NCBI GenBank assembly: GCA_949358305.1
Contig: OX442314.1
Location: 3,596,001-3,660,000, forward strand
DNA from: Strigamia acuminata
Taxonomy: Eukaryota
Reading direction: 5' to 3'
Length of the DNA: 64,000 nt
Program-made: the position numbers and the translations under genes
Part shown: positions 14,143 through 26,337 of the stretch, piece by piece
How the letters are laid out: the number at the start of each line of letters is the position of its first letter
Position numbering within the stretch: position 1 is the stretch's first letter
Notes under the pieces: model-generated
Databases searched by the model: none
Told to the model about the DNA's origin: nothing
The model's input: the letters and a program-made list of their open reading frames with translations, nothing else

Positions 14143-17100
14143 ATAATCAGTGATGACCAGACTCGACAAAAAAATCGAAAAATAAAATTCGAAAAAATAA
14201 CATGAAATGAAATTTAAGTTATGTGACCGATTCTTCGACGACTCGCTGCTTGCGAGCAAAAGAGAGAAAAACTTGTTCCAGAGTTGCCTGACTCACGGAA
14301 TAGTCTTCGAGATTAAACAGCGCTTTCGCCTTCTCCATCGACTCGAAGAGGTACGCCCATTTGGTCTCCACGTCCTTAATTTGGTAATGCACGAGTCCCT
14401 AAAACAAATGAATATAACTTAATACACAGTTTGCGGCAGCTACTTTTCCCTTATGCCGGGACTACTCGATTAAACGCCGGGCACTCAGCGGCAAGTTCAG
14501 CAATTGTCGGTGGCATCGAATAAACGCCGGGTTCCAAAAATGGGTGATTTTTCGCAAAAAGTCGAAGATTTTTGCGAAAGAATGAGCATTTTAAGCAAAA
14601 AAAATCATCATTTTTAGCAAAAAACCATCATTTTAAACGGAAAATCGGCGATTTTTAACAAAAAAAATCATCATTTTTAGCAAAAAAACCTCATTTTTTA
14701 GCAAAAAGTCATCATTTTAAACGGAAAATCGGCTGTTTTTAGCAAAAAAATCATCATTTTTAGCCATAAATCATCATTTTAAACGAAAAATCGGCTGTTT
14801 TTAGCAAAAAAATCATCATTTTTAGCCATAAATCATCATTTTTAGCCAAAAATGATCATTTAAAACGAAAAATCGGCGATTTTTAGCAAAAAAATCATCA
14901 TTTTTAGCCATAAATTATGATTTTTGGCTAAAAATGATAATCGTCATTTTAAACAAAAAATCGGCAATTTTTAGCAAAAAATCGTCATTTTTAGCAAAAA
15001 ATCATAATTTTAAACGAAAAATCGGCGATTTTTAGCAAATAATCGGCGATTTTTCAGTTATGAGCCGGGCCTCGAATAAGTGCCAGGTGGGGCGAGTCGA
15101 AGAAACTATTAAACGCCCCGGCGTTTATTCGAGGCAGTACAGTATATTTCAAATTTCAGAAAGTAGATCCCGTTTGTTTATAAGAAAAATAAATAAAAAC
15201 ATCGTTTGGAGATCAAAATTGATCCTAGGTAAATGACACAATGTTAATTTAAATCTTTTTTTTTTATCTTACTTGGTGTATGTCCTGAAGAACGGCACTT
15301 GGAAATGTCTGCTCAATGTATGTCTGTAATTCCGTCTGCTTATTTGTCATTAGATTGATGGTCGAACTAGCACCGGGCTTGAGTTTGGCTAAAACTGTAA
15401 ATCCCTGACTGAATTTGTTCTTCAGATGCTGGATCGGACCAAAACACTGGAACTGACCGTTCACCATAATGCCCACTCTGTTGCAGAGCACTTCACATTC
15501 CTCCATACTAGAAAATTTGTCCAAAATTAGTCCAAAATTTCATCACTATCATTCACTACATTCATTTACCTATGCGAAGTCAAAACAACCGATATTCCCC
15601 GCCCGTTAGCGCTTCTTAGAATGTCCCATATTTTTCTCCTGGCGACCGGGTCCACTCCGGTCGTGGGCTCATCCAAAAATACGACCGGCGGATCTCCGAT
15701 GAATCCCATGGCTGCACTCAGTTTTCTTTTATTTCCACCGCTAAATAAATAATTTTTTTTTAAAATAACTTTGTTCTAATCAGTTAAGTCTCTTTATTTC
15801 GAATACCTGTAGAAAAGCGTGATTTTATCGGCATGCTCGGTGAGGTCAAAGTCCACGATGTACTGATCGACAACCGCCTTTATTTGGGAACTGCAAATTC
15901 CACGAAGGTGAGCAAAAACGGTGAGGATTTCTCGTCCGGTCAAGTAATCGATGAGCGCATCAAATTGCGGGCAATAGCCAACTTGCTTTAAAAACTAAAC
16001 CAAATATAGTTAGGTTAATGCACTTGGATGGATGAAAAACCTATCGGGGCTTACTTGTCCTCGCTTGTGCCGTACACTAGACCTGTTAATGTAAGCATCG
16101 CCGTGAGTGATGACCAAGTCGCCGGTAAGCATTTGAAATGTGGTCGTTTTGCCAGCGCCGTTAATTCCCAGCAGGCCAAAACATTCGGCGAAATGAACAC
16201 CAAAACTCAAATCGTCAACGGCTGCAAAGTTGGAGAATACTTTCCTCAAGTCCTGCACCACCATAACATCGGTGTCGATGATGTCTGTATGGAAACGAAA
16301 AATGCTCTACAACTTTTCAATTGACATTGTTTCCTTTTAACGTTTGGAACAAACACCTTTCATTTACTTGTTAGTACAAGACAACCCTTGCTATTGCCAT
16401 CAAACAGTTGGTGATAACCAGAATTCATTGTATACTCTTTCCGAACTCAAGAAGAGCCCTGGAAGCTGGGCTCCCATTGGCCTACTTGGAACTGCAATGC
16501 AACTACTGCTACACTAGTGAGATAGCTCGGCCAATGGGAGCCCAGCTTCCAGGGCTCTTCTTGAGTTCGGAAAGAGTATAGTGAAATAATTTGTAATGGG
16601 AGAAATTTTTGTCAGCAATTACAATTTCGGTTTTTCGTTCGTTACATTTGTTTAATGTAACACAACCCAGTCTAAAGGTGGAAACACAAGGGAGCGGGTA
16701 AAATTCCAAAGCTTGCTAGCACAAGTTTAATGAGGGAGTCATTTACAAGCTCACTTGACCCCACTTTTGGCTTACCAGCTTAACTGGCAAACTCAAGCTA
16801 GCTACCGTCTTCCCCCAAAATCTCCTCTAAGAATTTCCTCACGATTCTGATTGGCTGTCAAAGTCACATGACCAAAACGCCAGCAAGCTTGAAGCTGGTC
16901 AACCGAATTCAGTTTGATCGGAGCGGGTGAGTACAAGATCGCTTCAAAACAAACCTTTGAATAAAAACGCAAGCTTGTGTTTTCTCAAGCAGGTGAGTTT
17001 TTAGCCGCTTTTTCAAGTAAAAGCAAGTTTTTAAATTTTACCCGCTCCCTTGTGTTTCCACCTTTAGAAGCCCTGGTGTAGTTCACACTTAAATCACTTT

Positions 17101-18000
17101 TGTACAAAGTCTAATTTCTACACGTTTGTTCTGACGTGTAGAAAAGCAATAACGTAAACATAAATAACTCACTTGGATCGTGAATTCGCCGCTTTTCCGC
17201 AAGCACATCTTCATCTAACGCATTTCCCAGTCCGTCGAACGTGTTGACATTGTTTCTATTTCCAATCAATTGGTTTTTTCCCCGGCGAATTTTATACCAA
17301 AGCGTGTAGAAAACTCCCTGTTCGATGAGCGCCAAAATACCGAAATATAACACTCCGGTCACAGCCATCATGGTAACTTCCTGACTAATTCCGCTATCCC
17401 ACTTAAAATAATCAGGCTTCACAGGAGGCAAACCAGTCAAACCCCCAAAGATTTCATTGAAAGATGAAATCTGAACCATTTTCATCAATGCCACGGTCAC
17501 GGTGAAATTCGGTACAAGCCGAAACAGCCACTGAACGTCTCGTGCAATGTCCTTCAACGAATCGGAGCCGTATTGTTGGAACGTGTTGATGGTGATGCTC
17601 AAAGTGATGCCGGCTAACAAGTTGGCAATCGTCAGACGGCTGAATCCCGTTGCCGGAACCTTGGCCATGAACGACACGATGTAGGTAAAGGGAATCGAAC
17701 ACCAGCCGTACAATATGAGCAGTAAAATCACAATTCCTGCAAATTAAACACAATCAACTGAATAATTGTATGGGACAATGTCGTCGATGTTCAAAACGGC
17801 ACAAATTTTGAATTTAGTAATCTAACTACCATCTTCACACCGAAAATAACACCATGGTGTTGTATTCGAGTAATCGAGTTATGCTAGAAATGGCAATTTT
17901 GTAAACATAGATCAAATATTCGAATATAACACCACTTCAGCTTTCACACCATGGTGTTGTATTTGTTATATTCAAGTTTTTTATTGTTTTCGAATACACC
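14143..18000 (+). repeat. Near-identical direct (tandem) duplicate of 1-3858, period 14,142 bp
   Basis: Sequences match by eye. One substitution seen (G2841 vs T16983). Identity stops abruptly after ...GAATACACC at 18000. Confidence 0.95.
14219..17736 (-). pseudogene. Second, 3'-only copy of the ABCA gene (last 6 exons), cut off upstream by the insertion at 18001
   Basis: ORFs are identical to those at 77-3594, shifted by +14142. Confidence 0.85.
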
Positions 18001-18530
18001 TGTTGTAGTAAAATATGAGATCTATGAATACGCATTTAAGATGCAATTCTTGATTTCTACCTCAAGGAGGGATTTAAAGGGATGAAGGAGGAAATCACCC
18101 GAGGCAAGGCCATGGGAAAGTGCATTAAATTATTCTGCTGTTTGAATTAAAGAGTTTTAAAAGGAAGTAGGTCATTGACTTCACCTGCTTCTATCACAAC
18201 TGGTTTTTTTGGAACGTTTCATTTTACTGGAGGGAAAATGAATAAATGACGTGATTTGTTTACATGTACTTTGTTGGCAAAATCACACATATTAACCATT
18301 TTTAGGAAAGTGGGAGGTAATTAAAGTGAAAGTGGGGGTAAATCGTATGGACTTCCAATGACAGTGGGCAACATTTGCCATTGTTTAAAGTTTTCTGAGG
18401 GTATTGGAAGTGGGGGTTACGGCAAAATTAAAAGTGGGGGTAATTTTAAACGGTTTGTCTCGAGATGGTGAGTCGAATGCTATATTGCACGTATGGGTCA
18501 GGGTGTTTGATCACATGTTGAATCTGCACT

Positions 18531-18950
18531 TGGTGAAATTTTGGCTATGTCCAACACGCTTCATTGGTGAAATTTTGGCTATGTCCAACACGCTTTGTTG
18601 GTGAAATTTGGCTATGTCCAACACGCTTCGTTGGTGATATTTTGACTATGTTCCACAAGCTTGGTTTGATATTTCGGCTATGTTCCACAAGCTTGGTTTG
18701 ATATTTCGGCTATGTTCCACAAGCTTGGTTTGATATTTCGGCTATGTTCCACAAGCTTGGTTTGATATTTTGACTATGTGCCACAAGCTTGGTTTGATAT
18801 TTCGGCTATGTTCCACAAGCTTGGTTTGATATTTTGACTATGTCCATCACGCTTGGTTCGATATTTTGACTAAGTTCCACAAGCTTGGTTTGATATTCCG
18901 GCTATGTCCATCACGCTTGGTTCGATATTTTGACTAAGTTCCACAAGCTT
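18531..18950. repeat. Subterminal ~32-bp tandem repeat (TTCCACAAGCTTGGTTTGATATTTCGGCTATG), ~13 copies
   Basis: Directly visible. Confidence 0.9.
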
Positions 18951-19997
18951 CTATATTTATATTTGTACTTATTTCTTATTTCATGTATTTATATTTGCAA
19001 TTATTTCTTATTTTAATTAAAATTCAATTCATTTGTAAATAAATGTATTAAGATTTTTTAATAAAAAAGTCAATTGAAATGTTTAATAGGAAATGTAAAA
19101 TGTCTAATTCATTTCATTTACAAATAAATGTATTAAGAATTTTTACATTTCCTATTAAACATTTCAATTGACTTTTTTATTAAAAAATCTTAATACATTT
19201 ATCTGCAAATAAATTGAATTATCTTTATTTGACCTAAAAACAATTTCATTTTAAATAAAAATTCAATTGCCCCTGGGGAAATTTTTTTTATTCACAAATG
19301 AAATGTGACCTAGTTGAAAGACCAGTTTAATTGCAAAAGAGTTGAAATGTATTAACACAATTTAAAATGAGAATTCGTTTGATTTTTTTGTCCTGTGTGT
19401 TGTTATTAATTCCTTATTTTAATTCTATTTACAAAAAAAAATAAAACTTATTTTTAAATAAGAAAAAGTTAATTGAAAGAAAGTTTTTATTTGTTAATAG
19501 ATATTAAAGTTGGAATTTATTAAACCAATTTAAAAATGAAATGGAATTAGAATTAAAACTATCCATTAGAAAAAATCAAATGAATTCTCATTTGATTCTT
19601 TTTAATTCCATTTTAACTTTTATAATTAATAATTTTCATTTACAAATGAAAATTTTATTCCTTCTAAGTAATGGAACTTTCCAAAACCAGCTGTGTTAAA
19701 AGTAAGCCATGTGACAGCATGTAATATATCTTGTAGGAAAAACGGATATGTGATCAAACAAACAAATTGATAAACATTTATCAAAACAAAAAAAAACAAA
19801 AAAAAAATGTTAAACAGTCGAATGAAAATATTTTTTTCCTCACCAGCAATTAAATTTCCCCCCCCCCGAAGGCTTTTGCTCTTTAAAAACAAAAATAGCC
19901 TTTAGAGATTTTTTTTTAATGAGTCAGAAAAACAGGTTTTCAAAGTGACTCAATCAGAAATAAATGAATAATAAATTGTAAAGAAAAATAATTTTAT

Positions 19998-20174
19998 TCA
20001 GCTTTTAATTAAAAATTCTTTTACACATTTTATTTGTTTTTCAAAATTTTTTTTTACATTGACAAACGAGTTAGCAGAACAGGGGGCACTGCAATGATTA
20101 CATACGTCACAATTAAACAAGACACTGTTAAATGAATGGCGTAAGAATGCTCTAGTATGTTCATAAAACTCCAT
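19998..20174 (-). CDS. Small Cys-rich Maverick ORF (58 aa; CDVCNHCSAPC)
   Basis: ATG 3 bp after the stop of the 96-aa ORF; translated by hand because it is below the ORF-track cutoff. Confidence 0.4.
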   Translation of the reverse strand: MEFYEHTRAFLRHSFNSVLFNCDVCNHCSAPCSANSFVNVKKNFEKQIKCVKEFLIKS

Positions 20175-20177
20175 TTT

Positions 20178-20468
20178 TTATAAACATTCATTCTCTTCAT
20201 CAAAAAAATCTATATCCTTAATTTTCTTGCCCGGAATAATTTGATACAACTGCCTTATGTGTACTCTTGTTTCTGAGTTGAGAGAATCATGTATTATTCT
20301 TGCTCTTTTTATTATTTTGCTTAGTTCAGGAAATTGTCCATCAATGCGAAATACAAATGCAAAATTATTTATATCTGTAATTTCAGCCCCCCATCTACTT
20401 ATAAGTTCAAAGATTATTTGCAGTAATATTTTCTCACTTTTTTCATAAGTTGCACAAAAAAATTCCAT
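20178..20468 (-). CDS. Hypothetical Maverick accessory protein (96 aa)
   Basis: ATG-initiated, normal-complexity ORF in very AT-rich DNA. Confidence 0.5.
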   Translation of the reverse strand: MEFFCATYEKSEKILLQIIFELISRWGAEITDINNFAFVFRIDGQFPELSKIIKRARIIHDSLNSETRVHIRQLYQIIPGKKIKDIDFFDEENECL

Positions 20469-20867
20469 GTTATTCAGCTGAGAAATAATTTATTTTTAAT
20501 TGAAAATTTAATTAAAATGATGTTTACATACTATATTTTTAATTTATTTTTAATTGAAAATTTATTTAAAAGCAATTTTATTTATATTTTTTAAAATTTA
20601 TTTATTTATTATGCATTTGCCGGATGAGTCACGCTGCTTTAATATAATTACATGGTCACGTGTTTTGAATTAAATCAGGTGTTTATTCACATATTCATTT
20701 TTATTTCCAGATTTAATATGTGAAATATAATTTGTAATTACACCCAATTAATCAAAAGACTATTTCCTTATTCAGAGAAAAAACAGTAAAATTAACAATA
20801 TAAATATTATTTTAAAAACTTGTGATAATTAATTACATAATGCCGCATTATATATATAGAGTAGCAT

Positions 20868-21149
20868 TTAGCCGAATAAATGACTTATTTCAGCCAATTC
20901 CTGGATTTCGGCGATAGTTACATTGTCGTGTACGTATTTGACGTGTTCAATATTCTCACTGGAAAATCTTCCAAGTTTCTCCACCAGAGTTTGAATCTTG
21001 ATCTGAAATGCCGGTCGCCACAAAAGTAACGAATCGGTTCTCTGATCTATTGAGCCACCATAATGGACCAATAAAAATAAGGATAAATGTTTCAAAATTA
21101 TTTTCTTTTCATCGGTAGTTTTGTTCTGTTGGAGTTGAAAGAGATACAT
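20868..21149 (-). CDS. Hypothetical Maverick accessory protein (93 aa)
   Basis: ATG-initiated ORF, co-oriented with the integrase block. Confidence 0.45.
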   Translation of the reverse strand: MYLFQLQQNKTTDEKKIILKHLSLFLLVHYGGSIDQRTDSLLLWRPAFQIKIQTLVEKLGRFSSENIEHVKYVHDNVTIAEIQELAEISHLFG

Positions 21150-21381
21150 TTAATTCTTTTCTTTCTCAAATTGAAGTGAATATAATAATGTTGCTTTTTT
21201 ATATATAGAAAATTTTTGTTACGGTTTCATTTTTGATTTGACACGGACTTTAACACATGCCCGTGCTTGTTTGCAGACTTTCCGCAAGGTTTTGTGCGAA
21301 TCTTTGTTGATTTCAAATTAGGATTGTTTTAACTTCTTAAATAATTTCATTTTTTTGAGAAAAATGGAAATTGGGTTTACT

Positions 21382-21801
21382 TTACAACAACTCAAGATTA
21401 TTCATTCCTCGAATGATTTTAATGATTGTATTCTGCCTGAGATTAAGATTGGCTGCTAAATAGAGCGCAAAGAGGCAAAACATCCCGCAAGAATCTTCTT
21501 TTGTCAACGAATACATTTCTTTTGTAGCATAATCTAGGGTAACGTCTCTTCCGACAAAATCAATGATCTCTTTAGGTGGAACGTTTCCCAAATTATCAAA
21601 GTATATGCCTCTGTCATTGCAAAGATACAAGCTGACCCAATGGGTACCACCACCCGTCGATGGGTCTAAATTGATGACGAAGCTTTCATTCTTGCCCCGG
21701 TGATTCGCGAGCGGTTTCAAGCAATCGATGGGCAACACGTTGTTGAAGTGAGCGATACGTAGTTTATTCTTCGCCCAGTTGTAAATTTCCACGTTATTCA
21801 T
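21382..21801 (-). CDS. Adenain-like cysteine protease, copy 1
   Basis: VINLD...GTHWV...YFDNLG...SCGMFC (His-Asp-Cys); ATGA overlap with the integrase stop. Confidence 0.88.
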   Translation of the reverse strand: MNNVEIYNWAKNKLRIAHFNNVLPIDCLKPLANHRGKNESFVINLDPSTGGGTHWVSLYLCNDRGIYFDNLGNVPPKEIIDFVGRDVTLDYATKEMYSLTKEDSCGMFCLFALYLAANLNLRQNTIIKIIRGMNNLELL

Positions 21802-22751
21802 TTTTTAATGTCGATGAGATCATCCACCCATGAATTATGCTTCTGATCGTAGCCGACCCATTTCACTAGGTACTTCCATGATCCATCGCTGTTTTTCTTT
21901 TTTCTAATGACTTTCTCGATCAAGTAGGGATCATCTACCCTGGTTTCAGTTTTTTGGAGTTCTTCACGGTAAAAGGAACCTTCGATCGATTCTCCCAAAC
22001 TGTCTTTCAATTTGAAAATTGGAGGTTCATACGTCGTGTCCACTTTATCAATTGTAAAGATTTCATTAGTCCAATTTTGCAAAAACCTTTTGTCAAATAT
22101 GGATTTGGATTTGGAAATACGCACTCGGTCGCCCACTTTGAATTTAGGCTTGGACGTTGCTGGTTCGGGAAGTAATTTTAGTCTGAGCGCCTTTTCATGT
22201 TTGGGAGCCACATCTTTGGGTTTCATGTTGGTCGTACGGTGAACCGAAGAGTTATAACGGGTCATCAATTGGGGTAAGATAGTAATCCAATTCCTCGAAC
22301 CTTTCAAAGTAAAATGCCTGTACATGCGCTCTTTGAGCGTGCGATTGAACCGCTCGACCATGCTCGCTTTCAACGGCGAGTGTGTGGAAAAATGGTTGAT
22401 GTTGAACTTTTTGACCAGTGCCTTGAAATGGGAATTGTAGAATTCTTTCCCCCAATCGGATGCCATGTTGACCGGCCCCTTATTCCCCGCTTTGACAAGC
22501 ACCTTTTCAAATGCAGCGGTTACCTCTTTGCCAGTCTTTGATTTGATGGGAACCGCATACGCATATTTAGAGAACGCATCTATAACCGTTAATAAGTATT
22601 TATAACCTTTGTTTACACGGGAAAAAGGTATCAATTCGACTAAATCGATCTGCCATAAGTCGTTGATTGCAAAAGATACGACCGGACGTCTGACGTAATG
22701 CCTACGTGCCGGCTTATGTAATTCAGATACCAGTTGTTCTATGTCAGGCAT
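21798..22751 (-). CDS. Retroviral-like (rve/c-) integrase with a C-terminal chromodomain
   Basis: LHKPAR, WQIDL (D), SDWGKEF (D), VERFNRTLK (E), FKVGDRVRIS, and chromo-like YLIEKVIR...YLVKWVGYD...SWV. Confidence 0.95.
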   Translation of the reverse strand: MPDIEQLVSELHKPARRHYVRRPVVSFAINDLWQIDLVELIPFSRVNKGYKYLLTVIDAFSKYAYAVPIKSKTGKEVTAAFEKVLVKAGNKGPVNMASDWGKEFYNSHFKALVKKFNINHFSTHSPLKASMVERFNRTLKERMYRHFTLKGSRNWITILPQLMTRYNSSVHRTTNMKPKDVAPKHEKALRLKLLPEPATSKPKFKVGDRVRISKSKSIFDKRFLQNWTNEIFTIDKVDTTYEPPIFKLKDSLGESIEGSFYREELQKTETRVDDPYLIEKVIRKKKNSDGSWKYLVKWVGYDQKHNSWVDDLIDIKK

Positions 22752-23148
22752 TTTTTTTTTTTTTTAGTCCCATTCCCAGTTTAAGTTTGGTATTGAACGT
22801 TGCTTTGATTGCTTTGGCGGCTAATTTTGTGCTTAAACTGACTGTTGGATCGGAGATGATTAAAACACATGCTTCGACCAACTTTCTGTCTGCTTCGTGT
22901 CTGGCTTCTAAGTTCTCATTTATGTAAGCAATGTCGTGCAGCTTGCACGCTTCATCCAATGGGTTTATGCCTTTATCACCTCTAGCTAAACGCTTATCTA
23001 ATTTTGTGCCTGGACCGCAATAATTGTACCCAGGGATATGCATTTCTACCGGTAATTTATTGATTAGTTTATTCAAAAGTCCTTTTCCGGTTGCTGGAGA
23101 TTTTTTTTTTTTATGAACTGATATTTCAAGGTCCCGCATGCCAAGCAT
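22744..23148 (-). CDS. Parvovirus VP1-type phospholipase A2 domain protein (adintovirus PLA2X-like)
   Basis: Ca-binding loop PGYNYCGPG and catalytic helix NPLDEACKLHDIAY. Confidence 0.92.
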   Translation of the reverse strand: MLGMRDLEISVHKKKKSPATGKGLLNKLINKLPVEMHIPGYNYCGPGTKLDKRLARGDKGINPLDEACKLHDIAYINENLEARHEADRKLVEACVLIISDPTVSLSTKLAAKAIKATFNTKLKLGMGLKKKKNA

Positions 23149-23273
23149 TTACCTCTTTTGTAGGCTCTGTTGTTTTTAGTGACTCCCATTTCCAACGTGC
23201 CGGTAGGAGTAGACTTTTTACATTTAACGCAAAACATGTTTGTCTTCTTTTTTTTATTACGGGAATATAAAAA

Positions 23274-23951
23274 ATGAATGTCATAAATTTTGACACGGGG
23301 CGTTTGGATAAATGTGATAAGTCGATTCTGCCAAAAAACATAAGATGCATCATGTGTGGCCCGGCTGAATGTGGGAAAACGAATCTGTTGCTAAACTTCC
23401 TGCATTGGCTACGGTTCGACAAGCTGATGGTGTTTTCTAAAACTTTATTTCAACCAAAATACGAGCGGTTAAGAGAGTTGTTCGAGGATCTAGAATCGGA
23501 ATTGGGCAAACAGGTAGCTCATTTCTTCCCGAGCAACGAGGATGTGCCGTCTCCCGAACAACTTTTTGATAAATCCGTGAACAAGTCTATTTTTGTGTTT
23601 GATGATGTGATGACCGACAAGCAACATAATATTGAGAAATATTTTGCCCAGGGCCGTCATAGTAACGTAGACTCTTTTTACTTGTGTCAGACTTATAGCC
23701 GAATCCCAAAACAGGTGATAAGAGACAATGCCAATTTAATAATCATGTTCAGACAAGACGAAAGAAACATGAAACACGTTTTTGACAACCATGTTGGAAC
23801 GGACATGACGTACGTTCGATTCAGAGACATGTGTAAGTCGTGTTGGGATGATGATACGTTTGGCTTTCTCACCATTGACAAGACCAAGTCTATGTCGAGC
23901 GGGAGATATAAAAATAAATTTTCCCCATTTTTAAAAAATGAACATGAATAA
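23274..23951 (+). CDS. A32/FtsK-like genome-packaging ATPase
   Basis: Walker A GPAECGKT, Walker B FVFDD, GRH and YLCQ motifs. Confidence 0.93.
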   Translation: MNVINFDTGRLDKCDKSILPKNIRCIMCGPAECGKTNLLLNFLHWLRFDKLMVFSKTLFQPKYERLRELFEDLESELGKQVAHFFPSNEDVPSPEQLFDKSVNKSIFVFDDVMTDKQHNIEKYFAQGRHSNVDSFYLCQTYSRIPKQVIRDNANLIIMFRQDERNMKHVFDNHVGTDMTYVRFRDMCKSCWDDDTFGFLTIDKTKSMSSGRYKNKFSPFLKNEHE

Positions 23952-25161
23952 ACAGCAGCGTGGAAATTACGAGAAATTAAAACAGAGCTTGAAAAAAAAG
24001 TTTCTGCAAGATAAGTTAAACAGAGGATCCGAAGATGAAGCGCTCGGTGCATTCTTCAAACCTGTAACTGCTGCATTGCATAGCCTGCCGCAGCAGCAGC
24101 AGCAACTATCTCCACCCCTTGCTCTACCACCTACGACTTTCAAATCCTCACCTTCCACTCCCATTAAAAGAGAGTTGTCATCTTTCACACCCATTACAAG
24201 TAAGTCCCATAATTTAAAGTACGAAATGGATCTAGAATCACCGCTCTTACCTTGGGAAAGTTCATCCTTAAAAAGGCAGTTCAGTCGCCAAAGCTTGTCC
24301 TCGAGTAAAATTGAAACTCCTCGACTTAAGTTTGGCCGGGATGATGGGAATGAAGAGGAAAATGTTTCATTTCAAAGAGAGGGAGAGACGAGCCTCGTAG
24401 AAGATGATGTTGATGATGATGATTGGCAATTTGCTCATGTGCTTCCAAATATAAAATATCAACGCGACATAAGAAAAAGTCTCGAATTAAAAATGACGGA
24501 CAAAGAATCGGAAAACGCAGTACAGCAAGAGTTCTTGAAATATTACGCCGAAAATGCGGCTCATTTAGATACGGTGTTTGGAATTAGATATGACCCGTAT
24601 GATTCAAAATTTAAAATAGGAGTCGAAGAAGTTAAATTCTTTCCAACTCATATACTTGTGAAAAACGTAAAGTATCCACGAACTCCAACATTAATGCATC
24701 TCCTCATGCAAAAACTTCCACCGATTGAAGGAACTATGACAGACCAAAATTTTGTGGATTACGGCAGGATTCTCATTTCTAGTCAAGGGTTATTTAAAAA
24801 GAACAATTCGGCAACTAATATGCCAAAGTCTAGTAAAGGAGAAAAGTATATGACAGTGGTTAAACGAATTTGGGAACTGTATAAAAATCGTCCAAAGACA
24901 ACATCCCAAGCTGGCAAGAACACACCCCAAGCTGGCAAAGGTGTCACGAAAACGTTTCGGCCGCACAACTCCGTAGACTACAAGTATTACAATAACCCGG
25001 ACGAATTAATAGACAGGCTGCGATTGTTGCATGCATCACGGGATGCTGGAAACCAGTCTCACGACAACGAAATTGTGGAAATACTTATGGAACTGAAAGA
25101 GGAAAGAATCCTCGATAAAACCAAGTTTGAAAACATGCGAAAGAAAATTCTCGCGAATTAA
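23938..25161 (+). CDS. Conserved Maverick protein of unknown function (407 aa)
   Basis: DTVFGIR segment and C-terminal YYNNPDELIDRLRLLHASRDAGNQSHDNEI motif, which I recognise from invertebrate Mavericks; overlaps the ATPase stop. Confidence 0.75.
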   Translation: MNMNKQQRGNYEKLKQSLKKKFLQDKLNRGSEDEALGAFFKPVTAALHSLPQQQQQLSPPLALPPTTFKSSPSTPIKRELSSFTPITSKSHNLKYEMDLESPLLPWESSSLKRQFSRQSLSSSKIETPRLKFGRDDGNEEENVSFQREGETSLVEDDVDDDDWQFAHVLPNIKYQRDIRKSLELKMTDKESENAVQQEFLKYYAENAAHLDTVFGIRYDPYDSKFKIGVEEVKFFPTHILVKNVKYPRTPTLMHLLMQKLPPIEGTMTDQNFVDYGRILISSQGLFKKNNSATNMPKSSKGEKYMTVVKRIWELYKNRPKTTSQAGKNTPQAGKGVTKTFRPHNSVDYKYYNNPDELIDRLRLLHASRDAGNQSHDNEIVEILMELKEERILDKTKFENMRKKILAN

Positions 25162-25179
25162 AAAAAAGTAATAATAATC

Positions 25180-25950
25180 GTGATTACCATGTCTATCGTA
25201 CTAAGCAGTACGAAATCGGATTTCCTCACTACTTTTAGCTCACCTTTAATTTTGGGTGACGACGAATACGAATTGGGATTAGTGAGCCTCGAGACATTTT
25301 ACACAATGCCAAATATAACCGAGGACAACAACGTGTTCAAATACTACACTGTTGAAGTAGATGTGAACGTCCCCGCTCGTATTATAGGTACGCTCAACTA
25401 CGACATCATCGTTCCCGTGGGTTGTTACGAACTTGCCGACATTATCTCGTACATACATACCGAAATGAAATCCAGAGGACACTGGAATATGAAAGACGAC
25501 GCACCTTTCATCGACATCGTGGCCAATTATAATACTCTGTCCACGACATTAGTGATTAGCGATGCCAGTTACGGGGCCAATTTTTCGGAAAATAGAAGTA
25601 TGGCTAAATTATTCGGTCTCAAAACAAAGAAATACGGTGTAGGTAGAAGCGAATCCATTAATCCGGTGAACATTTTTCACATTAACACTATCCTGGTCCA
25701 TTGTGATCTTATTACCGACTCTTATAAAAACGGGAAGACGGCTCCGATCATATACGCATTTTTTCCTAATGTCCCGCCAGGCTTCAAAATAGTAGAAATG
25801 CCGTATAACATAGTTTACTTGCCGGTGAAAAATCAATCTAAAATACACGAAGTCAGGATCTGGTTGACCGATCAAGACGATAAACCACTGAATCTGAGAG
25901 GAGAAATTTTTACTACACGTTTACACTTACGAAAATTAATTAAAGCGTAA
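25180..25950 (+). CDS. Minor capsid protein (penton, single jelly-roll)
   Basis: Beta-rich; VHCDLI..SY.NG, NVPPGFKIVE.P...YLPV and LTDQD..PLNLRGE...RLHLR are typical of Polinton pentons. Confidence 0.85.
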   Translation: MITMSIVLSSTKSDFLTTFSSPLILGDDEYELGLVSLETFYTMPNITEDNNVFKYYTVEVDVNVPARIIGTLNYDIIVPVGCYELADIISYIHTEMKSRGHWNMKDDAPFIDIVANYNTLSTTLVISDASYGANFSENRSMAKLFGLKTKKYGVGRSESINPVNIFHINTILVHCDLITDSYKNGKTAPIIYAFFPNVPPGFKIVEMPYNIVYLPVKNQSKIHEVRIWLTDQDDKPLNLRGEIFTTRLHLRKLIKA

Positions 25951-26337
25951 TTAAAAAAACATGCCGTTAATTTTTAATAAGAACGTAACGGCAAGTAATA
26001 CCCCCAGCACCAGCTCCAACACTGCCACTGTCAAGACACCCTCGTCGATTAGAGGTGGAAATATAAAAATTATAAAGTCTTCGATACGGCCAGATAATCG
26101 AGAATATATAAATTCTTTTTAAAAAAAATATATATTAAGTAATTAATTAAATACCGTAATTCTTTTTAAAAAAAATATATATTAAGTAATTAATTAAGTA
26201 ATTCTCTTTTAAAAAATATATATATATTAAGTAATTAATTAAGTAATTCTTTTTAAAAAAATATATATATTAAGTAATTAATTAAGTAATTCTTTTTAAA
26301 AAATATATATATATTAAGTAATTAAAAAATAGCGACG

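Noticed and set aside
18531..18950. CRISPR-like ~32-bp periodicity
   Set aside because: Head-to-tail repeats with no unique spacers, in a eukaryotic context with no cas genes.
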